Below, one piece after another: positions 38,537 to 49,700 of a DNA stretch of 64,000 nt; positions within the stretch are counted from its first letter, which is position 1; every line of letters begins with the position of its first letter. Below the pieces are notes generated by a model that saw only the letters and a program-made list of their open reading frames with translations, did no database searches and was not told where the DNA came from. A program made the position numbers and the translations under genes. The stretch comes from Balanoglossus misakiensis (Eukaryota; Animalia; Hemichordata): contig CM082595.2 of the NCBI GenBank assembly GCA_040954595.2, forward strand, positions 8,910,317 to 8,974,316, read 5' to 3'.

Positions 38537-40768
38537 AGAAAACTAGATGCTTTGCAACCCAGGTGGATTCACAAGAACTCAGAAGTGTGTGAAGATAACA
38601 GTGAGGTTTTGACAATATCACGGCGTGAACAGTATGAACGTAGATGTAAAACCTTGTCAGCCGCCACATCTATTCATGTATCAACAACCGATACCAGTTT
38701 AGCCAATGGTGTAGGTAATTTTACCAGATTGAAACCTTCAAAAGCTGCACTTGATGGTTTGTGGTTTACCCTCATCAACTCTGCCAAACCTGAACAGATT
38801 GAAACCTATTTGAAAACATCACCTCAAATCAGAGAGAAATTAATGCCATCGATAGTAGACAAATCTATTGATCAATTTGAAAAAAGTGAAAGCAATTTAA
38901 TAAGGAGTGTCAGAGTTCTGTATGAGGGTGGAGTGCTATCAAAACGCAAATACACTTGTCTGAGGCTGAGTGAACTGCAAACATCATCTAAAATACAAAA
39001 TCCAAGTAGGGCAATGCAGTTTCACTTTGGCTGCAGAATACCAAGATTACTGACATACAACAAAGTTGTACGCTATGTTAGTAATCTTGATATTTGTACT
39101 CTTGAACCCATTCTGACAGCAGAAGGGAAACAGGTAGGTTTGAAACGTAACATTGAAGAGTTACTTGTTAAGATTGCCAATCTGTATTTACAAATGAAAT
39201 CAACCCAGCCAGACATTCTTAACTGGTTTGATAGACAAGAAGGTAACTTCCAGATTAGTATAGGTGCTGATGGTGCACCATTTGGAAAACATGGCCAAGC
39301 TACTGCCTGGTTGGTCAGTTGTTTGAATGTTGGACATCGTGTTGCAAGCCCAGATGATAATTTTCTACTGTTGGGGGCAAATCTCAAAGAAGATGATCCG
39401 ATTATGATTGACTATGCACATTCATTATCAAAAGAACTGAATTGTATCCAGAAACGTAAATACAATGTTGGCAATCTTTGTGTGACTTTCCAAGTTTCGC
39501 TCTTGCCTTTTGATCAGAAAGGTTTAGCTTCAATGCCTGGAGAGCTTTCCAATGCTGCACAGTACTTAAGCTCTTTTGCTAATGTTTCAAAGTCAGATAG
39601 AGATTGTATTGGAGCAGATATTGGTCCAGGTAAAAAATGGCAAGAATGGTCATATGACAAACGCATTAAAGATGTTGAAGCTGTGGAGAAATTCAAATCG
39701 CAACCAAAGAATAGAGATGGCAAGCCAAAAACTGTGCGGCCAAAAGTCACTAAATTTATAGCCAGTAGAAAATCCAGACAGGAATTTGTACCCCCTCTTG
39801 GTCGATTTATCGACTGTGCTAAAGTTGAACCATTGCACATGAAAAACAATGCATGGCAGTACTATTTCCAGATGCTGTTGATAGATGCAGTTGCTCACAC
39901 TTCACAAACAGATTTTGATAAGGGGGTTAAGATTGAAAATCTCCCAAAGGAGTCTTGTCTATACAAATTCCTGTCTGCATTAAAATACCAAGTGAGAGCT
40001 GGAAAACTGTACAACAAAATTTGAAAGTTCTTTAGTGAAAACAATGCAAAATCACTTTCTCAAATAAGTGCTGTTTATCGCTTTACTGGGGAAGAGTCCC
40101 GTAAACTAGCATGGAAATTCATGTCACTGATTAAGACACCCATGGGTGATAAAGATAGTGTAAAGCGGCGAGCTCGATTGGCTCTTTTCACATATCTTGG
40201 GTTGTTGCTGAGGGATATTACCTTGCTCTTTTCAAGGTTTAATCTGAGTGAAGGGGATTTACTTGTCCTGAAACAGAAATGTACATGGTACTTTAACCTC
40301 CATTCACTATTTTTTGATGTAAATAATACTGTTTGGCATATTGGATACGCAGTACCTAAACATGCAGCAAGTGTGTATCAGCAATTCAAACTTGGTTTGG
40401 GGTTGAATACTATGGAAGGTCGAGAAGCAAAACATCTTCGTCTTCTTGAATTGAGTAAGAATTCCACTCCTCAGAACAGGTGGACCCTCATATTCCGCCA
40501 TGAATACACAATGCTCTTTTGGCTAAGAGAAAGAAATCCAAAAGCAGACAAATATAGGCGGGCCAATCTAGTTCAGTATGAACTTAAAGAAAGAGAAAAA
40601 TATATACCCAGTCTGTACTATGACAGTGCAGGTTACTGTATGTGTGGTAACATGAAAGATGAAGCAGTGTCTACATGTAAAATTTGTAATGACCCAGTTA
40701 TTGCTGAAATAAAACAAGCAGCAGTGTCTGGCAAGCTGAGTAATAAACTGAAGAAAATTGTTCTGTGA
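38537..40768 (+). pseudogene. DDE transposase related to RAG1/Transib/Chapaev, with an in-frame TGA at 40022-40024
   Basis: The 519-aa and 215-aa ORFs share a frame and are bridged by KFFSEN...VYRFTGEESRKLAWKF. Motifs in order: IGADGAPFG (D, 39269), PFDQK (D, 39512), VEPLHMKNN, YRFTG, WHIGYAVPKH, GLGLNTMEGREAKH (E, 40424), then a C-terminal CxC...CxxC. Confidence 0.78.
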
Positions 40769-41378
40769 AGTGTATTTGCCCTTCTGTGCAAAATGTTTCC
40801 TGTTTCAGTGTTTTTAACTTACCGTGTTGAAATGTTGTGAATGTCAAATTGAAATGAATGATATTATTAACATGTATTAAACTGGAAATAAACTCTGCCA
40901 CACTTCTGTGTTCACAACTGTTACAACAGATGCATGTCAGGCCATTGTAACTAAACGGTATATATGCAACATCATGAACTTCAGTATTCTCACAGTGTAC
41001 ATAAACATGTCATGATTCTGATACAACTGCATGTTATCTGTACTAACACAAACCTTAAATGCAGGGTTAATGTGATATTCTATTACAGTCTAAATGAATA
41101 GATTTGAAACGTTTGTGTCTTAAGTCTATCATATTACAATAATATTGAATATAATTATAAGATTTCCTTGCTAAGTAATTAACGATAATCAGAATACATT
41201 AATTTAATGTAGTTAAAATCACAATAAGTTAACTTTCAAATCCCATGAATTGTATATATCAAATTGAATGATTTTATATTTATTGAATGCTAAGAAAGTT
41301 AAATGCAATTTATAATGAAATTCATGACAATTCCTTGTACTTCTGCTGTATTGCATGTAATGTTGATTGTTGGAATTG

Positions 41379-41421
41379 AATAAAGACAATACTACTTCAT
41401 TTTCAATCTACTGTTTTTATT
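41379..41421. terminator. Candidate opposing polyadenylation signals between the convergent genes
   Basis: AATAAA (+) at 41379-41384 and TTTATT (AATAAA on -) at 41416-41421. Another + AATAAA lies near 40887. The context is AT-rich, so chance occurrence is possible. Confidence 0.35.
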
Positions 41422-41530
41422 TCTTAATTAATGAGAACACAACACCGACAAACTGTATATATTGACTGAAGTGTCAAGAGTATTGGACAGAAGGCCAATT
41501 TTGCATTAGACTTGCAATGTTACTGATGTT

Positions 41531-42184
41531 CTAGTTCTCTGAGTGCATTGGAATGCTGTGTTTGTTCCAGGCTCCAAAGCAAAAGTTGACCACAACAGAT
41601 TCCCTGTTCATGTAGTATTTGACAATACACGGCTTTGTTTCTGTGCATATGACAGCCACTCGCTTTCCTTTGACCACTCTCGCCAGCACATTCTCCTTAT
41701 CTTCCGGTCCGAGATTTCTGTCATCACAGCAACCTCTCCGCAGGACGTAAGTCAGCTTCAATAGGTTGGTAAAGGTCAAGGTTACGATGGCCTTGGACGT
41801 CTTCTCATGGATCCCAAAACTATTCCGAGTGGCGTCATGATGAAATACAGCAAACACTTCCTTGGGCATTTGTCTAGAAAAGCCGCTTTTCCAAGGCGAT
41901 CTCAACGAAGGTGAGGCTGACAGGCGTGCGTGGAAACAACGCAGCCAGTGACCCATTTCACGTTGGAAAATAGGGAATACCGCAACATCTCGATAACGAA
42001 TTTTGTCTTTTGTAATCTTGTCGTTCCTCAGTAGAACCCTTTTGGCTGAATCGGACAATTCATCAAACAGGGAATGTACATGTATAACATCCAACATACA
42101 TTTTCGACGCAGAATTAATGACTTAGCAGCTCGTAATTTGCGCTGTATGATTTTCTCCGTATCAACCAACACGGCCGCCGCCAT
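41531..42184 (-). CDS. Intact 217-aa basic protein of unknown family; transposon-borne second gene
   Basis: Uninterrupted ATG-to-stop ORF starting 84 bp inside the right terminus in a CAAGATGGCGG context. Minus-strand AATAAA at 41416-41421. Confidence 0.7.
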   Translation of the reverse strand: MAAAVLVDTEKIIQRKLRAAKSLILRRKCMLDVIHVHSLFDELSDSAKRVLLRNDKITKDKIRYRDVAVFPIFQREMGHWLRCFHARLSASPSLRSPWKSGFSRQMPKEVFAVFHHDATRNSFGIHEKTSKAIVTLTFTNLLKLTYVLRRGCCDDRNLGPEDKENVLARVVKGKRVAVICTETKPCIVKYYMNRESVVVNFCFGAWNKHSIPMHSEN

Positions 42185-43749
42185 CTTGGAAAAAGCGTTG
42201 CTACGGTGATGGCGGCAATCGCGCTTCGCGGAATACTGCTCAAACTACAGTGGGTCTGGCCCGTAGTGTAACTTATACTTTATCTGTTCATCTTGAAGTA
42301 CTATATATTTAAACGCCAATTTTCCATTGCCAATCAAGTTTTTACAAATAAATTGTAATATGCATGTTGATTTTACAAAAACTCCTTACTTCCAAGTGAA
42401 TTCTGTTACACATCACGTAACTATTTTCCCCACGAATTCTTCAGTTGCTAACTCGGAAATTTCATATATTGGGCAGAAATTGGATACATTACCCAACCAT
42501 TAAAATTACAGTTTTCTATTTTAATTGATCGTCCATAACTTCAAGTACTTTGACTTGACATACATTAAAAACATCATGGTGAATAAATAAAAATTATTTG
42601 ATTATCTAATTGTGCATGTTTACATGGTTTTATTTTAGTATGCTGGGTACTTAATGTCTAATGGCTCGCTGATTTTATACTGTTCAAGATGACAATCTAA
42701 TTTTAGTTTTCAGCTAATAATTGAAATCAATGATTCAAAAAAATTGAATTTTGACATGAATAAACTTCTTGTTCATGGCAGTTGCTGTGTTTTGTTTCAT
42801 TTGTATTCAATTTTGCAAGCATACCATTGAGCACAGTTTGATTTGATTAAACACGTTTATCGGAAAATTTTGTCATTTGAAATATCTGTTTTTGCGCCCT
42901 CTACCATTTGACCAAATGATTCTCTTATTTTGGTGGCCTTTGTCTGTGTATATGAGAATACTATAGTACTCTCGCATCGATCATAGTAGAAGTTGAAAAC
43001 GTCTCTTGCCACGTGGCCTGGAAGAAAGGCGATCTTTAGAGTAAAATAAAACAAACTATCCAGATAGGAAGCTAGAAAAGAAGTTGAATCGTTGAAATTT
43101 TATTTATTTTATATTGTTAATATCGTTGGTGATGTTGACTGGCCGACAATCTTTGCATACAGCAATATCTTTCAAGATAAATAATTTATGTCCTAAAGGT
43201 ATTACTTTTAGTGGTCTGACGGAGATTTTTTCTGCTGTAACATGCAAAACCTGCGGCGGACCTGAGGTCATGTTGCGAACACTGTAGTTTTGTTACGCCC
43301 GCCATCCTTCGGACGTTTACCTCATCGGGGCTTCTTTGGGGAATCAGCCACGTCCGAAGGGTGAGAGTGTAAATTCTCTCCCTCTCCTTCTCCACCCAAC
43401 ATATTCATAGAGTCAGAGAGAGGTACCCGGCATATCGTAAACTTAACGAGAGGCATAACGAGACTTTCAACAAGTTTTCCGAGTAACACAAATAGTTCTG
43501 GTTTATTACTGGTCACACGTAAGAATTACACGACTCTATCCATGCTCGTTGACTCCCGTCACGGATCTCCGGTGATAATAATGTGATATCAAATTTCACC
43601 ACCTCTTATTAATACGTTAGTCAAGTATTATGTCATAAAAAGAACACGTCATCTTAATATTTCTTAAACATGAACTTAGCGCGTGATATCTCTATCTCGT
43701 TCTGACATGTATCAATTACACAATCTTGTTTACTCTGAGTCAAGTACCT

Positions 43750-46700
43750 ATGTTTTTTGATGATTTTCACCGATGTTTTTTTTTTCAAAAATCGACGAAC
43801 CCATGATTTTTTTCAAAATCGACGAAATTTTGAGATTTTGCAAAGTCGAAAATTTTTCATTTTTTGATGATTTTCACCCATGATTTTTTTCAAAAATCGA
43901 CGAACCCATGATTTTTTTCAAAATCGACGAAATTTTGAGATTTTGCAGTCTAAAATGTTTCATTTTTTGATGATTTTCACCCATGTTTTTTTTTCAAAAA
44001 TCGACGAAATTTTGAGATTTGCAAAGTCGAACATTGGACATTTTGATGATTTTCACCCATTTTTTTTTCAAAAATCGACGAACCCATGATTTTTTTTCAA
44101 AATCGACGAAATTTTGAGATTTTGCAAAGTCGAAAATTTGTCATTTTTTGATGATTTTCATCCATGTTTTTTTTCACAATTCAACGAACCCATGATTGTT
44201 TTCAAAATCGACGAAATTTTGAGATTTTGCAAGAACCCATGATTTTTTTCAAATTCGACGAAATTTTGAGATTTTGCACAGTCGAAAATTTGTCATTTTT
44301 TGATGATTTTCACCCATGATTTTTTGCAAAAATTGACGAACCCATGATTTTTTTCCAAAATCGACGAAATTTTGAGATTTTGCAAAATCAAAAATTTGTC
44401 ATTTTTTGATGATTTTCACCCATGTTTTTTTTTTTCAAAAATCGACGAAATTTTGAGATTTTGCAGTCGAAAATTTGTCATTTTTTGATGGTTTTCACCA
44501 TGTTTTTTTAAAAAATCGACGAACCCGTGATTTTTTTCAAAATCGACGAAATTTTGAGATTTTGCAAAATCAAAAATTTGTCATTTTTTTGATGATTTTC
44601 ACCCATGATTTTTTTTCAAAAATCGACGAAATTTTGAGATTTTGCAGTCGAAAATTTGTCATTTTTTGATGATTTTCACCCATGATTTTTTTCAAAAATC
44701 GACGAACCCATAATTTTTTTCAAAATCGACGAAATTTTGAGATTTTGCAAAGTCGAAAATTTGTCATTTTTTGATGATTTTCACCCATGTTTTTTTTCAA
44801 AAATCGACGAACCCATGTTTTTTTTTCAAAAATCGACGATATTTTGAGATTTCGCAAAGTTGAAAATTTGACATTTGTTGATGATTTTCATGAGCTATAG
44901 CCAATGATTTTTTTTTTCAAAAATCGACGAAATTTTGAGATTTTGCAGTCGAAAATTTGTCATTTTGTTGATTTTCACCCATGTTTTTTTTAAACAATCG
45001 ACGAACCCATGATTTTTTTTCAAAATCGAAAATTTGTCATTTTTTGATGATTTTCACTCATGATTTTTTTTCAAAAATCGACGAACCCATAATTTTTTTC
45101 AAAATCGACGAAATTTTGAGGTTTTGCAAAGTCGAAAATTTTTCATTTTTTGATGATTTTCACCCATGTTTTTTTTTAAAAATCAACGAACCCATGATTT
45201 TTTTTCAAAATCGACGAAATTTTGAAATTTTGCAAAATCAAAAATTTGTCATTTTTTGATGATTTTCACCATGATTTTTTTCAAAAATCGACCAAATTTT
45301 GAGATTTTGCAGTCGAAAATTTTTAATTTTTGGATGATTTTCACCCATGATTTTTTCAAAAATCGACGAAATTTTGAGATTTTGCAAAATCGAAAATTTG
45401 TCATTTTTTGATGATTTTCACCCATGATTTTTTTTCAAAAATCGACGAACCCATAATTTTTTTCAAAATCGACGAAATTTTGAGATTTTGCAAAGTCGAA
45501 AATGTTTCATTTTTTGATGATTTTCACCCATGTTTTTTTTTCAAAAATTGACGAACCCATGTTTTTTTTCAAAAGTCGACGAAATTTTAAGATTTTGCAG
45601 TCTTAAATTTGTCATTTTTTGATGGTTTTCACTCATGTTTTTTTAAAAAATCGACGAACCCGCGATTTTTTTTCAAAATCGACGAAATTTTGAGATTTTG
45701 CAAAATCAAAAATTTGTCATTTTTTTGATGATTTTCACCTATGATTTTTTTTCAAAAATCGACGAAATTTTGAGATTTTGCAGTCAAAAATGTTTCATTT
45801 TTTGATGATTTTCACCAATGTTTTTTTTTTTTCAAAAATCGACGAACGCATGTTTTTTTTCAAAAATCGACGAAATTTTGAGATTTTGCAGTCGAAAATT
45901 TGTCATTTTTTGATGGTTTTCACCCATGTTTTTCTAAAAAATCGACGAACCCGTGATTTTTTTTCAAAATCGACGAAATTTTGAGATTTTGCAAAATCAA
46001 AAATTTGTCATTTTTTTGATGATTTTCACCCATGATTTTTTTTCAAAAATCGACGAAATTTTGAGATTTTGCAGTCGAAAATTTGTCATTTTTTGATGAT
46101 TTTCACCCATGATTTTTTTCAAAAATCGACGAACCCATAATTTTTTTCAAAATCGACGAAATATTGAGATTTTGCAAAGTCGAAAATTTGTCATTTTTTG
46201 ATGATTTTCACCCATGTTTTTTTTCAAAAATCGACGAACCCATGTTTTTTTTTCAAAAATCGACGATATTTTGAGATTTCGCAAAGTTGAAAATTTGACA
46301 TTTGTTGATGATTTTCATGAGCTATAGCCAATGATTTTTTTTTTCAAAAATCGACGAAATTTTGAGATTTTGCAGTCGAAAATTTGTCATTTTGTTGATT
46401 TTCACCCATGTTTTTTTTTAAACAATCGACGAACCCATGATTTTTTTTCAAAATCGACGAACTTTTGAGATTTTGCAAAATCGAAAATTTGTCATTTTTT
46501 GATGATTTTCACTCATGATTTTTTTTCAAAAATCGACGAAGCCATAATTTTTTTCAAAATCGACGAAATTTTGAGGTTTTGCAAAGTCGAAAATTTTTCA
46601 TTTTTTGATGATTTTCACCCATGTTTTTTTTTAAAAATCAACGAACCCATGATTTTTTTTCAAAATCGACGAAATTTTGAAATTTTGCAAAATCAAAAAT

Positions 46701-49700
46701 TTGTCATTTTTTGATGATTTTCACCATGATTTTTTTCAAAAATCGACCAAATTTTGAGATTTTGCAGTCGAAAATTTTTAATTTTTTGATGATTTTCACC
46801 CATGTTTTTTTTTCAAAAATCGACGAACCCATGATTTTTTTCGAAATCGACGAAATTTTGAGATTTTGCAGTCGAAAATTTGTCATTTTTTGATGATTTT
46901 CACCCATGATGTTTTTCAAAAATCGACGAACCCATAATTTTTTTCAAAATCGACGAAATTTTGAGATTTCGCAAAGTTGAAAATTTGACATTTGTTGATG
47001 ATTTTCATGAGCTATAGCCCATGATTTTTTTTTCAAAAATCGACGAACCCATGTTTTTTTTTTCAAAAATCGACGATATTTTGAGATTTCGCAAAGTTGA
47101 AAATTTGACATTTGTTGATGATTTTCATGAGCTATAGCCCATGATTTTTTTTTTCAAAAATCGACGAAATTTTGAGATTTGCAAAGTCGAACATTGGTCA
47201 TTTTGATGATTTTCACCCATTTTTTTTTTCAAAAATCGACGAACCCATGATTTTTTTTCAAAATCGACGAAATTTTGAGATTTTGCAAAGTCGAAAATTT
47301 GTCATTTTTTGATGATTTTCATCCATGTTTTTTTTCACAATTCAACGAACCCATGATTGTTTTCAAAATCGACGAAATTTTGAGATTTTGAAAGAACCCA
47401 TGATTTTTGTCAAAAATCGACGAAATTTAGAGATTTTGCAGTCGAAAATTTGTCATTTTTTGATGGTTTTCACCCATGTTTTTCTAAAAAATCGACGAAC
47501 CCGTGATTTTTTTCAAAATCGACGAAATTTTGAGATTTTGCAAAATCAAAAATTTGTCATTTTTTTGATGATTTTCACCCATGATTTTTTTTCAAAAATC
47601 GACGAAATTTTGAGATTTTGCAGTCGAAAATTTGTCATTTTTTGATGATTTTCACCCATGATTTTTTTCAAAAATCGACGAACCCATAATTTTTTTCAAA
47701 ATCGACGAAATTTTGAGATTTTGCAAAGTCGAAAATTTGTCATTTTTTGATGATTTTCACCCATGTTTTTTTTCAAAAATCGACGAACCCATGTTTTTTT
47801 TTCAAAAATCGTCGATATTTTGAGATTTCGCAAAGTTGAAAAGTTGACATTTGTTGATGATTTTCATGAGCTATAGCCAATGATTTTTTTTTTCAAAAAT
47901 CGACGAAATTTTGAGATTTTGCAGTCGAAAATTTGTCATTTTGTTGATTTTCACCCATGTTTTTTTTAAACAATCGACGAACCCATGATTTTTTTTCAAA
48001 ATCGACGAACTTTTGAGATTTTGCAAAATCGAAAATTTGTCATTTTTTGATGATTTTCACTCATGATTTTTTTTCAAAAATCGACGAACCCATAATTTTT
48101 TTCAAAATCGACGAAATTTTGAGGTTTTGCAAAGTCGAAAATTTTTCATTTTTTGATGATTTTCACCCATGTTTTTTTTTAAAAATCAACGAACCCATGA
48201 TTTTTTTTCAAAATCGACGAAATTTTGAAATTTTGCAAAATCAAAAATTTGTCATTTTTTGATGATTTTCACCATGATTTTTTTCAAAAATCGACCAAAT
48301 TTTGAGATTTTGCAGTCGAAAATTTTTAATTTTTTGATGATTTTCACCCATGTTTTTTTTTCAAAAATCGACGAACCCATGATTTTTTTCGAAATCGACG
48401 AAATTTTGAGATTTTGCAGTCGAAAATTTGTCATTTTTTGATGATTTTCACCCATGATTTTTTTCAAAAATCGACGAACCCATAATTTTTTTCAAAATCG
48501 ACGAAATTTTGAGATTTCGCAAAGTTGAAAATTTGACATTTGTTGATGATTTTCATGAGCTATAGCCCATGATTTTTTTTTCAAAAATCGACGAACCCAT
48601 GTTTTTTTTTTCAAAAATCGACGATATTTTGAGATTTCGCAAAGTTGAAAATTTGACATTTGTTGATGATTTTCATGAGCTATAGCCCATGATTTTTTTT
48701 TTCAAAAATCGACGAAATTTTGAGATTTGCAAAGTCGAACATTGGTCATTTTGATGATTTTCACCCATTTTTTTTTTTCAAAAATCGACGAACCCATGAT
48801 TTTTTTTCAAAATCGACGAAATTTTGAGATTTTGCAGCCGAAAATTTATCATTTTTTGATGATTTTCACCCATGATTTTTTTTTCAAATTCGACAAAATT
48901 TTGAGATTTTGCAAAGTCGAAAATTTGTCATTTTTTGATGATTTTCACCCATGTTTTTTAAAAAATCAACGAACCCATGATTTTTTTCAAAATCAACGAA
49001 ATTTTGAGATTTTGCAAAATCAAAAATTTGTCATTTTTTGATTATTTTCACCATGATTTTTTTCAAAAATCGACCAAATTTTGAGATTTTGCAGTCGAAA
49101 ATTTTTAATTTTTTGATGATTTTCACCCATGTTTTTTTTTCAGAAATCGACGAACCCATGATTTATTTCGAAATCGACGAAATTTTGAGATTTTGCAGCC
49201 GAAAATTTGTCATTTTTTGATGATTTTCACCCATGATTTTTTTTCAAAAATCGACGAACCCATAATTTTTTTCAAAATCGACGAAATTTTGAGATTTCGC
49301 AAAGTTGAAAATTTGACATTTGTTGATGATTTTCATGAGCTATAGCCCATGATTTTTTTTTTCAAAAATCGACGAAATTTTGAGGTTTTGCAAAGTCGAA
49401 AATTTTTCATTTTTTGATGATTTTCACCCATGTTTTTTTTTAAAAATCAACGAACCCATGATTTTTTTTCAAAATCGACGAAATTTTGAAATTTTGCAAA
49501 ATCAAAAATTTGTCATTTTTTGATGATTTTCACCATGATTTTTTTTCAAAAATCTACCAAATTTTGAGATTTTGCAGTCGAAAATTTGTCATTTTTTGAT
49601 GATTTTCACCCATGATTTTTTTCAAAAATCGACGAACCCATAATTTTTTTCAAAATCGACGAAATTTTGAGATTTCGCAAAGTTGAAAATTTGACATTTG

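Larger units (their letters stand above)
36898..42268 (+). mobile_element. 5371-bp cut-and-paste DNA transposon with CAC...GTG termini and a TAA TSD, carrying two convergent genes (CMC/Chapaev/Transib/RAG1-related)
   Basis: TAA at 36895-36897 and 42269-42271 versus a single TAA in the empty site. Ends CACTGCGGCCCAAAC / CACTACGGGCCAGAC, plus GCAGTATT at positions 30-37 of both ends. Confidence 0.92.
35874..43155. repeat. ~1.9-kb repeat, copy 2, split by the 5371-bp transposon
   Basis: CAATACGCCAACC...GGCCGACAATCTTTG colinear with 24554-26462 once 36898-42271 is removed. Confidence 0.93.

Noticed and set aside
36898-42268. PIF/Harbinger assignment based on the TAA TSD and two genes
   Set aside because: Termini are CAC/GTG, the transposase motifs do not resemble Harbinger, and the second ORF has no visible Myb/SANT motif.
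36898-42268. Bona fide ProtoRAG (RAG1L-RAG2L)
   Set aside because: The TSD is 3 bp rather than 5 bp, the spacers are symmetric, and the partner ORF is short with no visible kelch or PHD features.
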